Positions 56,503 to 64,000 of a stretch of DNA of 64,000 nt are shown in pieces. Both the position numbers and the translations under genes were made by a program. Under the pieces are notes generated by a model. It was not told the DNA's origin. It saw only the letters and a program-made list of their open reading frames with translations, and made no database searches. This stretch comes from Klebsormidium nitens (taxonomy: Eukaryota; Plantae; Klebsormidiophyceae), in NCBI GenBank assembly GCA_000708835.1, contig DF236994.1:1-64000 (forward strand). Reading direction: 5' to 3'. Position 1 is the stretch's first letter, and every line of letters starts with the position of its first letter.

Positions 56503-58030
56503 GATAGTCGCTGGAAGAGGAAGCAAGCTGACGTTTTCGCGCAATGCTAGTGGTCAGGGAAAAGAGAAGGGGCTGTCGATCGTTGAAAACGTGGTGCTAG
56601 TTTCGGTGGAAATGCGGAGGACAATTCCTGATCGCTTCCAAGGACTGGTGCATTTGGTTTGATCAGATGGATGTTCCGTAGCTGATCTCTAATGGACGAG
56701 CGTCGCAGCCTGATTCGTGATCTTTGGATCAAGGAGCTCACGCTAGCTTTTGGCGTTTTGCCCACGGAACTTTGTGCTGTGGAATGTGGATCTGGGTACA
56801 AAACATTGCAGTTTGCAACTTTGCAGAGCCTGGAGGCATTTTTTCAGACCGGTCACTTTCGGGAGGTTGCATAATCACGAATGTCAGCAGTCTGCCGACT
56901 GAGGCCCAACTCCTCTCTTCCGACAGCAGGCTGGCAATGGCGGATTGAGTCCAGGGTTTCTTACGGCTCGCTGTAACAAACTACTGAATAAGCTTCCAAG
57001 CAATTATGTTGAAGCTTCGACAGCTTACTCGTACTGACCTTATTCTCAAACACTGATTGATATATCGTCGGAAAATGTGAAACTTGTCGCGCCGACCGTG
57101 TTACCGAGGTGAGAACGTCATGTGTGGGAGGGTCACTCAATTCGTGTCGCCGCGGGCGGCGGCGGCATCTGCTGAAACAATGATTTTGCCACGTGGCTCC
57201 TGTGGGCAGGTCGCCGCGTCATGGTGGACCGTCATTTTGGAGATTCTAGACTAATCGACGGCGCGAGTGAGATCCCCTCGAAGAGGATATGTTACTGCTC
57301 CAATCATTGGCCTCGACACACAGCCCATGGAGTCCAGACTGCCACTACACAAGCTGATGATCGACCCGAGTTCCAACTTCAGCATTGAACAGCGTGGTTG
57401 CGCTGCGCAATTTGTCATTTGCATAACTCGGATACGGTTAGTATATCCGAATCTGTCGAATGCGCACTTAGCAATGTCACGGATACATACTGACGAGAAT
57501 GCATGAGTATGATGTAGTGTGCATGCTAGAATTAACGATTGCCCGGCTAGTGGCAAAATTCAGAGCCAACGGCAAAAACAGCAGATATTACGCAACCTAA
57601 GTGCAACCGTGCATTGCACACATGATGAGTTGGACCGAAAACTGCATGTATGCAATTAATTTATAGGCTTTTGCACTGCAACATGTTTGATTACGATTGA
57701 CGCTATATAGTACGGGGATAATTAGTCCCTGACATCAACCTGACATCATGCACGCAATTCGGCGCATACGATTCAATCAAGGTATAACTGCACGAGTGGA
57801 GTCTCGGTGATCGACAATTCTAGCGTGAATAGCGGTGCCTCATATTGCAAACACACGTAGAAATGCTTGAAACAGATTGGCATGAGCACGGCATGTGATT
57901 GAACCGGAGAACGTGAGAGGCTACACTTTGGATAGACTCAGAAGCTCTAATGCGCATTGTGCCCGATGTACAAAACCCTTTCACGAGCCTACGTCTTCGA
58001 TCCCCTGAAATATTTGTCCCAACTTCTTTG

Positions 58031-61000
58031 TCATGATGTCATGCCCAAGTCCCTCATGCGTCCGATCGCGTTCTTTGCTTGCACGTTGGCCGGCTCCAAG
58101 ACCAAAGCGTGCTCAAAATCTGCACGCAGCAATGCACTCCAGCTTAGACAACAACCGAATTCCTTGATCGTCCAGCTGGCTCGGTGCTAGAGAACCGTCC
58201 AGAAAAGGCGAGGAATGTGCGTAATGTGATATTGAAGGACACGGGAAGAATGGTAAACCGAGCGACTTCCCAAAAGAAGGAGCCCAATATGACAAACCAG
58301 ACAGAAGCAAGTTCAACAAGCCAAGAGTGCCTTCCATTCTCAGATGACGTAGCCCGTCATTTTGTCTATCACCCCGTTCGCAAAGTGAGAGCATTTAGCC
58401 CCTGTCAAAATGATTGTAACATGTAACTCATGCATATAATAAGCAGAACCCGAAGACTTCCCCCATTCCCAGAAGCAGGGGCGGTCAGAGGAGGCTGGTT
58501 GCGAATACTTTGCGAATACTCAAATGCTGTGACGTGCGAAATGGATGCTCGGCTCACCTTGTAATGCTTGGTCGTACGCCCCTATTTGTTCTCGCGTGAA
58601 CCCTCGTCTCAGCAACGCCTTGACGTTCTGCGTTCGGAGAGTCGAAAGGGCTTCAGAATTAGATATCGCGGCACCAGTAGTAGCTTTCAGCAAGGTACAA
58701 CTCACCAGTCGGAACCCCCAAAGGTTGTTACAAACCCTCACATACGTCGCCGTCTATATTACAACCCTTTCAGATTGCTCAGGAAAGAGAACTGAAACGT
58801 AATGCGTGCCGGGGGTGTACAAACTAAAAACGTGCTATGATGTTATGTGGAAACTCCCAAAGGCTGGCAAAGATGATCGGCGCAACTCCGGACGGACTGA
58901 TGCGAAAGCTTCAACGACTTTTTTGTACGCGGCTCTCTTTGGCAAAACCAGACGCCAGACGGTAACACCAGGAGCTATCAAAGTGAAACGAAGGCCATTG
59001 ACCCTCACCTTCGGATCTAGGTTCAGAGCCTCGGTGCAAGCTGCCTCCGCGTCTCCATTCCTGAAAGACAGCCGACGAACGAAGATAGATGAGAACGATG
59101 ACGTCGCAACATCGGGGAAACCAAAATAAGAACAGACTCATCTGTCGATGTTCAATGCGAGGCGCCCCGTCACATGCAAAAAGGAGCGGTTCAGACGCTG
59201 GCAAACCTGTGCGGCCATTGAAACAGCCCTTAAACGTAGACGGAAACGAAAGCACAGACCCCAACACGCATCTGAAAGCCGTATTGCAACGAGTGAAAGC
59301 ATCTCGAACGACGCGGTTCCTTTAGAAGAAAAGACTCAAGATACATCGGCCCCGTTGCAGCCTTAATTAGGCCAAGCTGGCGTCAGCAAGCGAGAGGGAT
59401 TTGTAAAGCCCTGTTGCTCGACGCCCTAGCGAAACGTGATACCAGGAATTTACTCTCTCGTTGTCTCGCTTTGCGAAACTGCGCACGTTTCACGATCCTG
59501 CCATTCCCGCTGCTTACAAGCGCAGCTCCGCCGACCTTGTTGCAAAAGCGTCCAGATCCTCACCGTCCTAGTTGCATGAGCGCCAGTGCTTTATTGCTGA
59601 AGTAGGTCGCGTTCGAGCGATCCAGCCGAATGGCCTCGTTGTAGTGCTTCACCGCCTCCACGTACCGCTTCGCTTTCAAGGCCTCGTTGCCCTACGGCGC
59701 AAGCGACAAGCAGGTTTAACAAAAACCCTAAAACTGGTTTCTCCTTTGATTTCTTTTCTCTCCTCCCTCGCTCCTCCAAAAACCGAAAATAATTTCGAGT
59801 CGGCCATCTTAGTTTGTGATTAAGCCCTTGGTGTTAGTCTCTTCGATCCTTCCGTCCTTCCGTCCTTCTTTGTTGATTTCTGGAGTAAGAGCGGAAATAA
59901 TCTCGGGCTAACCTCTTATTTTGAGGAGCCAACCTCTTATTTTGAGGATCGCAAGGTCTGTGCGTGCAGACGCAGTCGACTTCACCAACGGCATTCGAGA
60001 GCTCTCGACCTTTAGACAAATAGCCACGCCGATCTGAATGTACTTATGATGTTACAAATGTACCATACTTTCGGGTGAGAACCAAGCTCAATGATTGCAA
60101 CGATCCGGGTCGTTTCGAACGCCATCGAATGCAAACACTCCAAGGCTACCAATCGCAAGCTATTCAACTCAGAAACACCTAGAGGTATAAGAAAACCAAT
60201 ATTGCCTGCCACCAAAGAGAAACGAGTTCAGAGACTAGGCACACGCCCGCACCTTGGTTTTCGCCTCCTCTGCTCGGTGCTCCGCTCCCCGCGGCCCCGC
60301 TTCTCGCCCCCCCCTCTTCCAGTACATCTCCGCCACTTTGGTGACCCCCCTGGAAAGTTCGACCGCCGTGTCCAGCAGCATCGCGTCCGTTCCGTGGCCG
60401 CTCAGCACCGAGAACGCCAGCGGATTCCCGTCCTCCTTCCCGTTCTCCGTCCCCATCGGAATGGTCACCTGCAGCAGGCCAGGGCCCACTTGATCATATC
60501 ATGAACGCTCCCGAATTCCTTTTTCCTGCCTTCTTCTTGCAAGAAATTATCGATACGGGCAACGTACACTTTGAGCAAGCGCCTATATGGAGGTGACGCC
60601 GAGCATTTCACACGAGCTCATGAGCGTTTTGACCCCGTGGTGGAAATGCGCCACCCACCCCGACCACTAGAGCAGCCAGGTTTCTTTGCCGTTAGAAGTC
60701 CATAGCCCTTTGTGCTGGTCAAACAAGTAAGATACGAAGGCTTCATAGTTTCATGACTTCAGATCAAATGAATGGAACACCGCTCAGGTCTCCAGCCTCG
60801 CATCTTTGCGTCGAGTCCACATATATTCGTTTCTCTCCGTTTCTACTCGATGGACCCTTGAACCATCAAGCTTATCCAACGGTTCCGAAGACTGCGGGAT
60901 GGCATCGCAGATTTTGGTCGACGCCAAAGCTCTTCTGCAAAGACCCAACGGTCTAAAAAAGTGCGCTCGCAATCTAATTGCGAACGCAGTTTTTCAGTCT

Positions 61001-63744
61001 CAAGTCGACGCCAAGCTTACCTGCGGAAAGCCCCCAAGGCTGGCAATGGCCACAAGTTGCATTGCTCGGTTCCGCAAATCGTCTAGGGACTTGGGCGGAG
61101 AGTTCCGTTTTGGGGGGGCGCCGGGGGAGGGGGGGAGGATCAGCACCGTGTCGTTCTGCAGCCGAAGAACTGGCGGTTAGCTCAAATAAAAGGCCTACAA
61201 TCCTAAAAACAAAAAGGGGGGTCCGCTTCTGACCGAGACGGAGGGGAGAGCAGCGGGGTCAACCTTCTTCAGCTGGAGAACCGGGCAATCAGTGCTGAAA
61301 AGAAAGGGCCTTCGAAGTTCGTGGTCAAATGAGCAGAGTCGCTTATTAGAGAATTGGGGGCGTCGGGTGAGGGAAGAGAACGTGAGCCCGGTGTCACTCT
61401 GCATCTTAAGAACCTGACGGGAAGGCGTGATTTTAGAAAACCTAGATTCTTTCTGATCAAGAGGGGGTTCGCTTGCGAGGGCGCGGAAGGAGGGGGAAGC
61501 CTGAGCACGGCAGTTTATGCTGCTGACAACTAGCGTATTGTTGAAAGCTGGAGGGATCTGCAAACAACGACGGAGCATACGCATTTGGTAAAAGCACTCA
61601 GGCAAGACCAGTCTAAGAAAATTTACCCAGGTAAGAGCAGTCACACTTTGGTTAAACCAGCCAGGCAAAAGTTGATTTAGTCTTGACTAAATCAACTACT
61701 ACTTGGATCAGACTTACTGTGAGCAAAGCGTCCAGCGCAGCGCGCAGCTCTCGCCGCACTTGCGCCGCCTTCTTGGCTGTCTCCTCGTTCGCGCCCAAAG
61801 CGGCGTTCACGCGGGACGCCACGTCGGGGGCCATGTCCGGCTTCGCTGACGTCACCCACTCCCCGTGGGCCTGCTTGAACTCCCATCTGGAGGGAGTTAA
61901 TTGTTAGTATGGGGAACCCATGGAGGTTTGATCCTTACGGGCAGTGCTCACAGTGGCAGCCTTTGGTGAGACAAGGGCCACTTGCTGTGGAACGACACTT
62001 CACTCTTTAGTTCGATTGTCACAACGAGGAATTTGACCAATGTTAATGGAACCCGCTCGCTCGTGCACCATTGCCATATGAATGTACCCATTGAGAACTC
62101 GCCATCCGAAGTACGTCAACGCTTCTGTCTTGTGCTTGACCCATGAGTTGCGAGGAGCGGCCTTCTTTCAAAGTTCAGCGGCTTCCGACCAGTCCGTTAG
62201 AAACAGCCCCATATTCCACAGAGGTTTCAAGGTGTATTGTTTCCATATGGATTCCTTTCTGCTTACACAAAATATAACAGGTGGTAGGAGGGCTGAGTAT
62301 CTCCCTGCAGCGAGCAAAGAGCAAACCCAGTCTGAAACTTTCCCAAATCCTTCCTTTGCCTCGGCATCGCAGACTCCGGCTCAAGCGCGTGTCGCCTCCC
62401 AAAAGCCCAACTGCCTAGCGGTTGATCAATGCATTGAACGGAACATCCTCGGGAAAACTCTGCTTCAGGTGCAAATTCAAATCGATCCTCCTGCAGAATA
62501 CTTATCCCCCCCCGCAGTCGCAAGCTCACCCTTGCAGTCCGCGCATTGCTTCCCGGATGCCCGCGACCGCTTCCTCCCCCGTCATCCCGTCCTTGCCGTC
62601 CCGCGCAAACTCCCGCAACGACGGGACCTTGCTCGCAAAGAACTCTCCGATTCGCGTTCGCTCCACCCGTGCGGCTGCGCAGATTCGGAGAGTAAGAGAC
62701 AGTTTAGGCAGCGCAACTCCATGCCAGTGCCTTCAGGTCTGCCAAACTCCCTCGTTCTGGACGGGTGTGCTTGTCTTTCTAATGCTCTTTTACCCCCCTT
62801 CAGAGTGACAAAACGTCCTTTACGTGGCTGTCAGCGAGAAGAAAGCTACAAGACTCCGCCTCAAAAAGAACCAAGGACATGAACCCAAAAACAATTGTGG
62901 TTATACAAAGCAGCCCCGAAAATCAACAAACCTTTTAAGGGGACTCTAAAAGGATGAAAACATTCTCCTCAGCGAATGGCAAAACCGGAAAACGACCCCA
63001 ATGACCCAAAACATCCAGCGAGTGTAGCAACAGCAGAAATACTTCTACGAACGCGGAATCAGATTTCAGAGTATCATATGAAGGAAGCAAGCAGCACTCA
63101 CAGGCGTTGAGCTTTGCGAGGGTGCCAGTCACTGCTGCGATGACCGGTTCCCGTGGGGCGGTGGACAGGCCGAAGAGGTCCTCCGCGAAAATGACGCGCT
63201 GCGCCCGTTTCGGAGGGGTCTGGGGGGTAGGGAGGAGCATCGCACCGACCAAGCGCAGGAGAGAAGCATCGCGGGCGAACCAGCCTGTGGAACGAGGGGC
63301 GAGAGTCGGTGTGACGATCGGTTTTCGCAAGCAAGTACTGAAGATAAGATTAATGAGGAGACGGAGAGGAAGATCCAGGTCGCAGGAGCGATGACACAGC
63401 AAAGTGAGAGTCTGGTAGATAATAAAGTGAATCATAAAATGTTAAACACCTTGCGAAAGATAAGTAGCACGAATGATCCTTCAAACCGGCTTCACCCTTG
63501 TCTCGAAGGTGTCGGCATGGTGATCCGACGTCCGGAGCAGTTGCAAACGAGAGAGTGTGTTTAACAACGTACGAGAAAAGACGTCAACGAACAAAAGAGC
63601 TCTTACGCCTTTCCTCACCTACGGCATCGAGACTCGGCGACATTGGGACGACACCAGCCGCAGATACGCTTCCGTGCGACGGCCGGAAGCTGTAGACCCC
63701 ATTGTACGCCGCCGGTATTCGCAGGCTACCCGCTGTATCCGTGC
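58031..63744 (-). CDS. TOC64: TOC64/OM64-like amidase-signature plus C-terminal TPR protein (5' exons beyond the window end)
   Basis: GTDTAGSLRIPAAYNGVYSFRPSHG..VVPMSPSLDAV|GWFARD (amidase signature); WEFKQAHGEWV; LVAIASLGGFPQ|VTIP; TPR GNEALKAKRYVEAVKHYNEAIRLDRSNATYFSNKALA...NVKALLRRGFTRE..DFEHALVLEPAN; stop at 58031. Confidence 0.85.
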
Positions 63745-64000
63745 CTGTGCGTCCAATCAAAGTGGTCACTCCCAGCATAGACGCAAATCCATGAGGGATC
63801 ATGGAGAGGGAAAAGCAGAGACAGACAGCCGGCGCATACACAAGCCGATCTCAAGCTCGTTGGATGGACTGGTGTATCGGCTCTCAAGTCGCTTGAAAAT
63901 TGATCGCCAAACTCATCACACCTCCGAGTTACTTGAGAGTGTGGCAAAACTTCCGGTTTGATTACAACCCTCGATGCTCGTGACAAGGAGACGAACAAAC

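Overview
Eukaryotic, intron-rich window with GC3-rich exons and GT-AG introns. The gene set and style suggest a streptophyte green alga such as Klebsormidium (inference only). Seven host genes: TMEM230-like (+), PICKLE/CHD3 remodeler (-), BAH/Agenet protein (+), endosulfine (-), Sec61-alpha (+), a signal-peptide-bearing acetamidase/formamidase-family protein (-) and a TOC64/OM64-like amidase-TPR protein (-, 5' end outside the window). The highlight is a very young 8.3-kb retroelement (38011-46344, - strand) with 1516-bp direct repeats that differ at one position. It encodes a Penelope-like RT of Naiad/Chlamys type (CxC linker) but no recognisable GIY-YIG endonuclease. A second, downstream coding region instead carries a Pro/Gln-rich region, two CCCH zinc fingers, a coiled coil and a phage-like HNH (beta-beta-alpha-Me) motif. 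The element also appears to retain a spliceosomal intron. A second recurring signal: many introns of three host genes contain degenerate tandem copies of the adjacent exon end plus its splice site ('junction echoes'). Some frameshifts in C-rich runs, including one in a host gene, may be assembly errors. No tRNA, rRNA or CRISPR array was seen.
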